NCBI GenBank assembly: GCA_018713405.1
Contig: DVOR01000156.1
Span: forward strand, 1 to 33,240
Length of the DNA stretch: 33,240 nt
Origin: Candidatus Spyradenecus faecavium
GTDB lineage: Bacteria; Verrucomicrobiota; Kiritimatiellia; RFP12; DVOR01
Direction of reading: 5' to 3'
The translations under genes were made by a program, and so were the position numbers. The notes beneath the pieces are model-generated. The model saw only the letters and a list, made by a program, of their open reading frames with translations. It did not search any database and was not told the DNA's origin. Below are positions 1-7,450 of the stretch, piece after piece. Position 1 is the stretch's first letter. Each line of letters opens with the position of its first letter.

Positions 1-396
1 TCTGCGGAAGTTCGCGCCCGGGGAGAGGTCCGGATCCCAGGGGGCCTTCGCGTCGGCAAAGGACTCCTCCAGACGCGTCCTGAAGTCAGCCACGAAGGCC
101 TCCAGCGACGTAGCCTTGACGCCGGCGAAGGAGAACTGGAGGATGGGGTAGTCGACCCAGTCGTAGTCCAGCGTGTCGATGGCGAGGCCGGCAAAGAGGT
201 CGCGACGGCCCTGGAAGATGCTCTTCAGGGTCGAGAGCATGAGCGACTTGCCGAAGCGGCGCGGGCGGGAGATGAAGTAGAGCTTACGGCCCGGGTCACG
301 GATCAGCGCGTGCAGGATGTCCGTCTTGTCGACGTAGATACACCCCTTCTCCCGCAGTTCACGGAAGTCAGAAATGTCTTGCGCAATCGGTCTCAT
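1..396 (-). CDS. AAA-ATPase-like domain protein (PF09820-type predicted ATPase); N-terminal ~132 codons only, gene runs off the left window edge
   Basis: Own translation of the minus strand from ATG at 396 (AAGGAGG, 5-nt spacer): MRPIAQDISDFRELREKGCIYVDKTDILHALIRDPGRKLYFISRPRRFGKSLMLSTLKSIFQGRRDLF... The YFxSRPRRFGKSL block is typical of this family. Absent from the ORF track because it is open at the edge. Confidence 0.65.
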   Translation of the reverse strand, partial: MRPIAQDISDFRELREKGCIYVDKTDILHALIRDPGRKLYFISRPRRFGKSLMLSTLKSIFQGRRDLFAGLAIDTLDYDWVDYPILQFSFAGVKATSLEAFVADFRTRLEESFADAKAPWDPDLSPGANFRR

Positions 397-437
397 GGTC
401 GCCTCCTTCGTGCCTCAGTATAGCAAACCTGGGCGGC

Positions 438-1238
438 TCAATCGAAGGAGCCGGAGCGGAAGGCGGCGAGGTCGAGGGTGACGAAACGGTAGCCGAGGGG
501 GCGGAGGGCGGCGAGGAGGGCCTCGCGACGCTCGAGGACGCGGGGGAAGTCGGCGGCGGGGACTTCGAGTCGGGCCAGGTCGCCGTGGTCGCGGAGGCGG
601 AGGTCTCGGGTCTGGGGAAGGAGCGCACGGAGTCGCTCCTCGGCGGCCTCGACGCGGCGGAGTCGGGCTTCGGTGAGGGGCGTGCCGTAGGGGAAGCGTG
701 TGGCGAGGCAGGGCGTGGCGGGGCGGTCGGGGTCGGGCAAGGCGAGCGCCCGGGCGAGGTCGCGGACGGCGGGTTTGGGGAGGCCGAGCGCCGCAAGAGG
801 GGAGCGGACGCCGAGCTCGTCGAGCGCGCGGAGGCCGGGGCGGTTGGGGGCGCGGCGGTCGTCGGCGTTGGAGCCGTCGATGAGGAGGGCGAAGCCCGCG
901 GCGGCCTCGCGGAGGCGGGCCATCATCAGGCGCTTGCAGGCGTAGCACCGGTCGGGCGCGTTGGCGGAGACGGCGGGGGCGGCGAGCGGGTCGGCCTCGA
1001 CAAGCCGCCAAGGGACGCCGAGGCGTTCGGCCAAGGCGCGGGCTTCGTCGGTCTCGGCCTGGCGTTGGAGGGGTGTGCGGAGGGTGAGGGCCAGGCAGGG
1101 GAAGGACGTCTCGCGGCGCAACTCGGCCAAGGCGGCGAGCAGGACCGCGCTGTCGACGCCGCCGGAGTAGGCGAGGGCGACGCCGCCCGCGGCGTGGGGG
1201 CGGAGCCACTCCAGCAGCCGCGTCAGGTCGCGGGTCAT
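438..1238 (-). CDS. larE: LarE, ATP-dependent sacrificial sulfur transferase of the nickel-pincer (NPN) cofactor pathway
   Basis: 266-aa ORF. PP-loop motif ALAYSGGVDSAVLL, then a Cys-containing loop PCLATRFPYG. ATGA start/stop overlap with upstream larC (1235-1238). Confidence 0.85.
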   Translation of the reverse strand: MTRDLTRLLEWLRPHAAGGVALAYSGGVDSAVLLAALAELRRETSFPCLALTLRTPLQRQAETDEARALAERLGVPWRLVEADPLAAPAVSANAPDRCYACKRLMMARLREAAAGFALLIDGSNADDRRAPNRPGLRALDELGVRSPLAALGLPKPAVRDLARALALPDPDRPATPCLATRFPYGTPLTEARLRRVEAAEERLRALLPQTRDLRLRDHGDLARLEVPAADFPRVLERREALLAALRPLGYRFVTLDLAAFRSGSFD

Positions 1239-2437
1239 GGTTGGGCGGCGAGGGCCTGCGCGGCGGCGTTGGCGAGGGCGAAGGCCTCGGGGAGGGGCAC
1301 GCCGGCCTTCTCGGCGGCGGCGCGGACGCTCTCGTATTCGGGGTAGACGCGGACGAGCGTGCCGTGGGCGCAGCGCTTGGCCGCGACGTCGCCGATGGGC
1401 GTGCGGAGGGTGACGGGGCCGCGGGCCATGACGGTGCGCGTGACGGGGTAGGACCGCACGCCGATGGTGGTGGTCTCGCGGAAGAGGGCCTCGGTGAGGG
1501 CGGGGAGGAGCGGCTCGTCGGCGAGGACCTGGACGATGGTGGCCGGGCGCCCCTTCTTCATGGCGCAGGGGATGAGGGAGACGTCACGCGCGCCGAGGGC
1601 GAGGAGGCGCTCCGCGGCGGCGGCGAGCACCTCGCCGGTGCAGTCGTCGAGGTTGGCCTCGAGGACGTGGACGCGCTCGGCGGGCTCGTCGGCCCGGATG
1701 AGCAGGGCGCGGAGGGCGTTGGGGGCGCCGATGTCGCGCTTGCCGAGGCCGACGCCGACCTTGGCGACGGTGAAGGGCGCGGGGAGGGCGTCGCGGGTGC
1801 GGAGGGCGGCGGCCAGGGCGATGCCGGTGGGGGTGACGCGTTCGCCGCGCACGGGGGTGAGCTCGAGGGGAATGGCGTGGGCCTGGGCGACGTTGAGGGT
1901 GGCGGGCACGGGCACGGGGAGTTCGCCGTGGGCGCAGACGACGGTGCCGGTGCCCTCGCAGAGGCGGGTGACGACGCAGTCTTGGACGCCGAGGTCGTCG
2001 AAGAGGACGGCCGCGCCGACGATGTCCGCGATGGAGTCGAGCGCGCCGACCTCGTGGAAGTGGACCTCCCCGAGGGGGCAGCCGTGGGCCTTGGCCTCGG
2101 CCTCGGCGACGATGCGGAAGGTGCGCAGGGCGATGGCGCGGGCGCGGTCGGTCATCGGCAGATGGCCGAGGACGTGCTCCACGTCGGCCAGGCGCCGATG
2201 GTCGTGATGGTGATGTTCGCCCTCGTGGTGGTGATGCTCTGGGAGATGGACGTCGAAGTCGCACCCGGCCAGGCCGTGCGAGGCCTTGCGGGAGATGGCG
2301 TAGGAGAGGCCCTCGGCGGCGAGGGGCGCGAGGGCGGCGTCGAGCTTGGCGCGGTCGGCGCCGAGGTCGAGGAGCGCGGCGACGGTCATGTCGCCGCTGA
2401 TGCCGCAGGAGCCGTCAAGATAGAGCAGGGTCGGCAT
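1235..2437 (-). CDS. larC: LarC, nickel insertion protein (pyridinium-3,5-bisthiocarboxylate mononucleotide nickel chelatase)
   Basis: 400-aa ORF. N-terminus MPTLLYLDGSCGISGDM is typical of the LarC/DUF111 family. His-rich tract HLPEHHHHEGEHHHHDH. Lies between larB and larE. Confidence 0.9.
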   Translation of the reverse strand: MPTLLYLDGSCGISGDMTVAALLDLGADRAKLDAALAPLAAEGLSYAISRKASHGLAGCDFDVHLPEHHHHEGEHHHHDHRRLADVEHVLGHLPMTDRARAIALRTFRIVAEAEAKAHGCPLGEVHFHEVGALDSIADIVGAAVLFDDLGVQDCVVTRLCEGTGTVVCAHGELPVPVPATLNVAQAHAIPLELTPVRGERVTPTGIALAAALRTRDALPAPFTVAKVGVGLGKRDIGAPNALRALLIRADEPAERVHVLEANLDDCTGEVLAAAAERLLALGARDVSLIPCAMKKGRPATIVQVLADEPLLPALTEALFRETTTIGVRSYPVTRTVMARGPVTLRTPIGDVAAKRCAHGTLVRVYPEYESVRAAAEKAGVPLPEAFALANAAAQALAAQP

Positions 2438-3116
2438 GGGGGGCCTTTCGTTTGGCGAGGCGGAGGATGCGGCAGGCCATGACGGCCGCGCCGAAACCGT
2501 TGTCGATGTTCACGACGGCGAGGCCCTCCGCGCAGGAGTTGAGCATGGAGAGCAGGGGCGCGAGGCCGTCGAAGGCCGCGCCGTAGCCGACGGAGGTCGG
2601 GACGGCGACGACGGGGGCCTCGACGAGCCCGGCCACGACGCTGCCGAGCGCCCCCTCCATCCCGGCCACGGCGATGACGACGTCCGCCGCGCGCACCTCG
2701 TCGAGCCGGCCGAGGAGGCGGTGGAGCCCCGCGACGCCGACGTCGTAGCAGCGGGCGACCTCGGCGCCGAAGAAGGCGGCCGTGCGCGCGGCCTCCTCGG
2801 CCACGGGGACGTCGGCGGTGCCGCCGGTGAGGACGATGACGCGGCCGATGGCGGGCGCGGGGGGCGGGGCGCCGAGGATGAGCGTGCGGCCGACGGCGTC
2901 GTAGTCCGCCGCGAGGCCGGCCTCGGCCACGGCGCGGGCCTGTTCGGGCGTGCACCGCGTGCCGAGGACGGCTTGGCCGGCCTCGGCGAAGGCCCGCAGG
3001 ATGGCGACGAGCTGCCCGGCGGTCTTGCCGGGGCAGTAGACGGTCTCGCCCATGCCGGTGCGGCGGGGGCGGGAGAGGTCCAGGCGGGCGAAGCCGAGGT
3101 CGGCGGCGGCGTCCAT
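2415..3116 (-). CDS. larB: LarB, pyridinium-3,5-biscarboxylic acid mononucleotide synthase (PurE-like carboxylase/hydrolase)
   Basis: Internal ATG at 3116 of the 2415..3797 ORF gives MDAAADLGFARLDLSRPRRTGMGETVYCPGKT...VIVLTGGTADVPVAEEA...VAGMEGALGSVVAGL...VPTSVGYG. The upstream part of that ORF overlaps the CbiM-like gene out of frame and is R/P/G junk. Start lies 2 nt after the CbiM-like stop. Confidence 0.85.
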   Translation of the reverse strand: MDAAADLGFARLDLSRPRRTGMGETVYCPGKTAGQLVAILRAFAEAGQAVLGTRCTPEQARAVAEAGLAADYDAVGRTLILGAPPPAPAIGRVIVLTGGTADVPVAEEAARTAAFFGAEVARCYDVGVAGLHRLLGRLDEVRAADVVIAVAGMEGALGSVVAGLVEAPVVAVPTSVGYGAAFDGLAPLLSMLNSCAEGLAVVNIDNGFGAAVMACRILRLAKRKAPHADPALS

Positions 3117-3118
3117 GG

Positions 3119-3844
3119 TCACTCTTGGACGGTGGCGCGCTCGATCGACCACTCCAGACCGTCGGGCGCGGAGGAGGCGAAGCCGGAGAGGCCGAAGACC
3201 AGGACGAGCGCGCAGAGGGCGAAGGAGGCCGTGAGCGTCTTCCACGAGAAGGCCCGCGCCTGCGCCGCCACCAGGAGCGCGCCGGTCAGCAGACCCTCGC
3301 CCAGGCCGATGGCCAGGTGGATGGGCTGCATCGCCGACAGGAAGTCGCCCATGTGGAGCGTGCTGATGCCCGAGAGCGCGACCTCGGCGCAGACGGCCAG
3401 GGCGCCGAGCTGCAGGGCGACCACCGAGGCGACCGTGGCCCGGAGCATCGTCGAGGCAGGGGAGCGCCGCCCGCCGCGGAAGGCGACCGCGCCGCACAGG
3501 CACCCGATGAGGCCCATGTTGAAGAGGTTCGCGCCGTAGGCCAGGAAGCCGCCGTCGTTGAAGCCCAGGCACTGGATGAGCAGGATCGCGGCCATCGTCA
3601 CGAAGGCCGCGCAGGGGCCGACGAGCGCGGTCAGGAAAACGGCGCCGACCAGGTGGCCGCTCGCGCCCGTGGCGGGGATGGCGCAGTTCATCATCTGCGC
3701 GCCGAAGACGAACGCGCCCGCGCCGAGCATGAGCGGGAGCTTTTCCTTGCCGACCTTCGTCAGCGCGGCGCCCAGCGAGGTGGAGGAGAGGCCCCACATC
3801 GTGGCCCCGACGGCCGTTGACACCAAAGCGGTTTCCATATGCAT
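3119..3844 (-). CDS. CbiM/NikM-family metal (Ni/Co) uptake membrane component with C-terminal PDGLE domain
   Basis: 241-aa polytopic membrane ORF starting MH..., the N-terminal Met-His typical of CbiM/NikM. C-terminal ...SSAPDGLEWSIE is a PDGLE motif. First gene of the lar operon. Alternative start at 3838. Confidence 0.7.
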   Translation of the reverse strand: MHMETALVSTAVGATMWGLSSTSLGAALTKVGKEKLPLMLGAGAFVFGAQMMNCAIPATGASGHLVGAVFLTALVGPCAAFVTMAAILLIQCLGFNDGGFLAYGANLFNMGLIGCLCGAVAFRGGRRSPASTMLRATVASVVALQLGALAVCAEVALSGISTLHMGDFLSAMQPIHLAIGLGEGLLTGALLVAAQARAFSWKTLTASFALCALVLVFGLSGFASSAPDGLEWSIERATVQE

Positions 3845-3939
3845 GGCAGGTTCCTTTCTATGATTGAAGAGGCCTATAGTGTAAACCTTGGAGCGCGCAC
3901 CACGTCAAGCCTTCTTTCCACGGGGAGGGGCCGCGCGTC

Positions 3940-5934
3940 TCAGCGCCGCAACAGGCGGTCGAGGAGGGGCTTGCGGAAGGGCAGGTCGAAGAAGGCCCTG
4001 GCCTCGGCCAGGTTCATGATGACGAGCTCGCGGGACTTGCGCGCCTCAAGGGTCTCGGGGAGCTCCTTCAGGATGCGGTCGGCCTCCCACGTGGCGCCGG
4101 CGTCGTACTGGAGGCGGTTGAAGCGCTCGGAGACGTCGAAGGCCGCGCGGTTGGTCTCCCAGGCGGTGCGGATGGTCTTGATGGCGTAGCTGCCGGTCAC
4201 CTTCTCGCTGAAGTAGTCGTCCAGCGTGAGGGGGCGGACGTAGCCTGGCAGGGTGGGCGTGTGCGCGGCGAAGAGGCCCACCAGGATGCGCGAGGACTCG
4301 GCCAGGATGTCCGGCGCGCTTTCGGAGGCGTCGTCCTTCATCTCCTCGAGCAGGCGCGAGACGACCTCCATCATGCGGCGCAGGTACTCGCGGTAGAGCG
4401 CCGTGCCGATCTCGCGCTGGACGGTGCGGACCACGCTGCTGCGCATGACCTCGGTGTTCGTGAGCCCCGCCTGGACGCGGCAGATGACGGTGCGGCGGAT
4501 GACCTCCGGCGCGACGGCCTTCACGTCCTCGTTCGCGCTGATGACGACGGCGGGGTAGTGCACGAGGCGCTCGGCGATGCCGAAGTCGTCGTTCTTGATG
4601 GTCTCGATGGCGTGTTGGTTGAAGCGGGTGTTGGTGAGGTCGTCCACGATGATGGGCGCGCCCTTCACCGTCCGCTTCAGCCCCTCGATGCTCGAGCGCG
4701 TGAACTCCGGCGCGGCGAGCTTGGTCTTCTGCCCGATCATCATCTTCAGCAGCGTCTCCAGGAAGCTCGTCTTCCCCGCCTTGCTCTGCCCATAGACAAG
4801 CCCGAAGACGGGATACGGCAGGAGGTTCTGGTTGTGGCGCACGGCCATGTCGCGCATCACGGCCATGAACGGCGAGCAAAAGAACCAGTTCGCGAACTCG
4901 AAGTAACGCCGCTGCATCCCCTCCACGTCGCCGTGGAACTTCTCATAGCCGTCCATGTACCGCAGGAAAAGCCCCACGTCGCGGGCCACCTCCTCCTCCG
5001 CCGGCGCGAGGTCGAGCGTCGCGTCGTTCAGGCGCACCAAGCCCTCGTCCTGGAAAATCTCAAGCTTGGGGTACTCACTCCGCACCTCCCGCTCCTTGGC
5101 CAGGTCCGCCGCCACCTGCCGCCGGATGGTCTTCACCTTCTCGGGCGCGAGGACCAGCCTCCCCTGCTTGTCCGGCTTGGGCACCGCCGGCGCGAGCCGC
5201 GTGGCCAGGTTGCGCACGTCCAGCATGAAGCGCACCTCCTCCCGCGCCTCCGCCACCGGCTCGATGACCAACGCGTTCCGTACCCGCACCGTCTCCGCGA
5301 CGGGCAACGCCTCCAGGTTCTCCCCCGCGTCCGCCGTCGCCAACGCCTCCCGCGCGATGCGGTCCGTGCTCGCCTCCTTCAGCTGCTCATAGACCCCCGC
5401 GTACCACTCATAGGCCCGCTCGCCGTCCACATAGCAGATGTTCTCCCGCTGGACGCCCCCGAACGCCGCGAACGACAGGTTGGCCGACCCCATCACCACC
5501 CGCCTGCGCCCATCCTTCGCCGCGAGCAGATAGAGCTTCTCGTGCGAGAGCGCCGCGCGCGCCACGAAGAGCCGCAGCGTCCCCGCCTCGATGCGCCCCA
5601 CCAAATCCACCTTCGCCTTGCCCGCCGTCTCCTTCAGTCGCTCCAACGTCTTGCACTGGTACGCCATCACCTCCTGCAGGGAAAAGGACATCACCTCCTC
5701 GCACCCGAAGATGACCTCAGCCTCCTCGAAGAGCCCGATCAGCCGGCACGCGAACCCGATCCCCGAGGAATACGTGATGGCCCGCAACGAATCGAACCCC
5801 TCGAACAGCTCCCGCCACGACAGCGTCTCCGCCCCCTCGAAGGCGAGCCGCACCACATCCAGCTTCCCCTCACCGCGCACGCGCTCCTCCGCGCCGCCGA
5901 ACAGCGAAAGCTCCTCCTCGTCCTGCCGCCTCAT
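3940..5934 (-). CDS. PLD-family (HKD-like) nuclease domain fused to an SF3-helicase-like P-loop NTPase; function unknown
   Basis: 664-aa ORF with GGGAGG 8 nt upstream of the ATG. N-terminal region has ...SHEKLYLLAAKDGRRRVVMGSANLS (HxK...GSxN, one copy, non-canonical spacing). C-terminal half has Walker A GQSKAGKTS, Walker B APIIVDD and a motif-C-like VVISAN. GC is visibly lower than in the flanking lar genes. Confidence 0.6.
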   Translation of the reverse strand: MRRQDEEELSLFGGAEERVRGEGKLDVVRLAFEGAETLSWRELFEGFDSLRAITYSSGIGFACRLIGLFEEAEVIFGCEEVMSFSLQEVMAYQCKTLERLKETAGKAKVDLVGRIEAGTLRLFVARAALSHEKLYLLAAKDGRRRVVMGSANLSFAAFGGVQRENICYVDGERAYEWYAGVYEQLKEASTDRIAREALATADAGENLEALPVAETVRVRNALVIEPVAEAREEVRFMLDVRNLATRLAPAVPKPDKQGRLVLAPEKVKTIRRQVAADLAKEREVRSEYPKLEIFQDEGLVRLNDATLDLAPAEEEVARDVGLFLRYMDGYEKFHGDVEGMQRRYFEFANWFFCSPFMAVMRDMAVRHNQNLLPYPVFGLVYGQSKAGKTSFLETLLKMMIGQKTKLAAPEFTRSSIEGLKRTVKGAPIIVDDLTNTRFNQHAIETIKNDDFGIAERLVHYPAVVISANEDVKAVAPEVIRRTVICRVQAGLTNTEVMRSSVVRTVQREIGTALYREYLRRMMEVVSRLLEEMKDDASESAPDILAESSRILVGLFAAHTPTLPGYVRPLTLDDYFSEKVTGSYAIKTIRTAWETNRAAFDVSERFNRLQYDAGATWEADRILKELPETLEARKSRELVIMNLAEARAFFDLPFRKPLLDRLLRR

Positions 5935-6042
5935 CCGTTCCGCCTCCCATCCTGTGTTCTCATGTCACAAGCATACCATATCCCACCCCAACCGTGCCAA
6001 AGAATCCTCCCCACGCCCCCAAACACCCCAAAGGGCCCCGGG

Positions 6043-6216
6043 CGAAACCCTAAGGGGGCCGAGGCGAAACCCTAAGGGGTTCGACCCAAAACCCTAAGGG
6101 TTTCGAGGCAAACCCTTAAGGGTTTCGGAAAAAGATGTGGACTTATGCAGAATCGGCCCCGGGGTGGGGCCGATTCGGAAGTGTGGAAGCTTGGAGGGTT
6201 GGAAGTTTGGTTGTGT
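6043..6216 (+). repeat. Composite repeat, copy 1: four palindromic units at exact 22-nt period (6043-6128), an 11-bp-stem hairpin (6150-6176), and a 5-unit 8-nt tandem array GGAAGNTT (6177-6216)
   Basis: Units CGAAACCCTAAGGGGGCCG / CGAAACCCTAAGGGGTTCG / CAAAACCCTAAGGGTTTCG / CAAACCCTTAAGGGTTTCG start at 6043, 6065, 6087 and 6109. Hairpin is GAATCGGCCCC-ggggt-GGGGCCGATTC. Array is GGAAGTGT GGAAGCTT GGAGGGTT GGAAGTTT GGTTGTGT. Near-identical to the reverse complement of 18322-18488. Confidence 0.9.
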
Positions 6217-6257
6217 CCTTGCGCGCCTTCGTGTCTTCGCGGAGAAGCGCACCGGGG

Positions 6258-7346
6258 TCAGTCGGCGGCGCGGAGGGTGAGGAGGGTGATCTCGGAGGGG
6301 TAGAGGCGGTAGGGGAAGCCGAGCCAGACGCCCGTGCCGGGGGCGACGAAGAGGCGCATCCCGTGGGGCAGGTCGTACCACCCGCGGACGAAGCCGCGGT
6401 TGTAGCGCGCGATGATGGGCGCGACGATGGGCAGCTGGCCGCCGTGCGTGTGGCCCGAGAGCTGCAGGCGCACGCCCATCGCGTCGGCCTCCGGGGCGAT
6501 GCCGGGCTTGTGCACCAGCAGCACGGGGAAGGCGCCGGCGGGCACCTGGTCCATCAGGCCGCGCAGACGGCGCTCGGCCTCGTCGGAACGCGTGAGGGAG
6601 CGGCCGTCGGGCAGGCCCAGCAGCCAGAGGGGGCCGACCTGCCGGGCGCGGCCTTCGAGCAGGGTGATGCCCAGGCGCTCGTACTCGAGCAGGTAGGCGC
6701 CGGTCTCGAAGTAATGCTCGTGGTTGCCGGAGATGAGGTATTTGCCGAGGGGGGCCTCCAGTTTCGCCAAGGGGGCGATGTCGTCGCGCCGCAGGGCGAT
6801 GCGGCCGTCCGCCTGGTCGCCGGTGAAGAGGATGAGGTCGGGCTTGGCGGCGTTCACGCGCGCCACCAGTCGCTCGCACCAGTCGCGTCCGCGCCAGCGG
6901 TCGATGTGCACGTCGGCCAGGACGGCCACGCGCAGGCCGTCGGCCTCGGCGGGCAGGCCCGGGAGGACGGCCTCGCGTTCGCGCACGGAGGGCAGGCGCT
7001 CGCCCAGATAGAGGAAGAGGAAGGCCATCGCCGCGCCCAACGCGAGCGGTGCCCACGCCGGGATCGCCACGTGGCACCACCGCAGCGCCCACCACAGGAT
7101 CGTCAGGCCCCCCGCGGAGGTCAGGAAGGCCGTCCCCCACAGCAGGACCGCCACGATCCACAGCGGCATCCCGTCGGGCGACATCACCGAGGCGCGGAAG
7201 ACGCGGTGGACGATCACCTGCTGGGCCAGCCCCACCAGGATCACCCCCACCACCGCCACCGCCCAGCGCGGCAGCCCCAGCCGGGCCACCGGCCCCAGCG
7301 TGACAAGGATCGCCAACAGCGAACAGAACAGATTGATCGGCATCAT
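6258..7346 (-). CDS. Membrane-anchored metallophosphoesterase (calcineurin-like, YkuE/YaeI-type)
   Basis: 362-aa ORF. About 4 N-terminal TM helices, then metallophosphoesterase motifs VLADVHID, FTGDQADG, ISGNHEHY, LLVHKP and SGHTHGGQ. Confidence 0.85.
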   Translation of the reverse strand: MMPINLFCSLLAILVTLGPVARLGLPRWAVAVVGVILVGLAQQVIVHRVFRASVMSPDGMPLWIVAVLLWGTAFLTSAGGLTILWWALRWCHVAIPAWAPLALGAAMAFLFLYLGERLPSVREREAVLPGLPAEADGLRVAVLADVHIDRWRGRDWCERLVARVNAAKPDLILFTGDQADGRIALRRDDIAPLAKLEAPLGKYLISGNHEHYFETGAYLLEYERLGITLLEGRARQVGPLWLLGLPDGRSLTRSDEAERRLRGLMDQVPAGAFPVLLVHKPGIAPEADAMGVRLQLSGHTHGGQLPIVAPIIARYNRGFVRGWYDLPHGMRLFVAPGTGVWLGFPYRLYPSEITLLTLRAAD

Positions 7347-7450
7347 AATGGCGCGTTATTTTAGCACACCCTCCCCGCCTCGGCGGCGGTGCGCAGGGGC
7401 GGGCGGTTTTTGCTATACTACAAGAAACGGTACACTTTGGAGACTGAAGC

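Noticed and set aside
2185-2240. His-codon-rich tract as a possible repeat or slippage site
   Set aside because: It encodes the HHHHEGEHHHHDH metal-binding tract that is a normal feature of LarC. Not a nucleotide-level tandem repeat of note.
2415-3797. 460-aa version of the larB ORF, and likewise the 720-aa version of trkH (11885..14047) and the 571-aa version of the exosortase gene (15204..16919)
   Set aside because: The N-terminal extensions overlap the upstream, well-supported genes out of frame and are R/P-rich. Internal ATG/GTG starts that abut or overlap the upstream stop (ATGA/GTGA for trkH and the exosortase gene; 2 nt after the stop for larB) give family-typical N-termini.
6072-6090. 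tRNA-like T-loop sequences (GGGGTTCGACCC inside the palindromic repeat; GGGGTTCAAGGG at 33229-33240)
   Set aside because: No acceptor, D or anticodon arms can be drawn around them. The hairpin before the window end (GCAGGGGG-agctt-CCCCCTGC) has an 8-bp stem and a 5-nt loop, incompatible with an anticodon arm. No tRNA is called.
6043-6128. Possible CRISPR array (regularly spaced palindromic repeats), also at 18403-18488
   Set aside because: The period is only 22 nt, with 3-4-nt gaps instead of unique ~30-nt spacers. Only four units, no cas genes, and the two loci are copies of each other.
6043-6128. Telomere-like CCCTAA/TTAGGG hexamers
   Set aside because: The hexamer occurs once per 22-nt palindrome as its centre, not as a tandem hexamer tract. 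The context is a bacterial chromosome interior.
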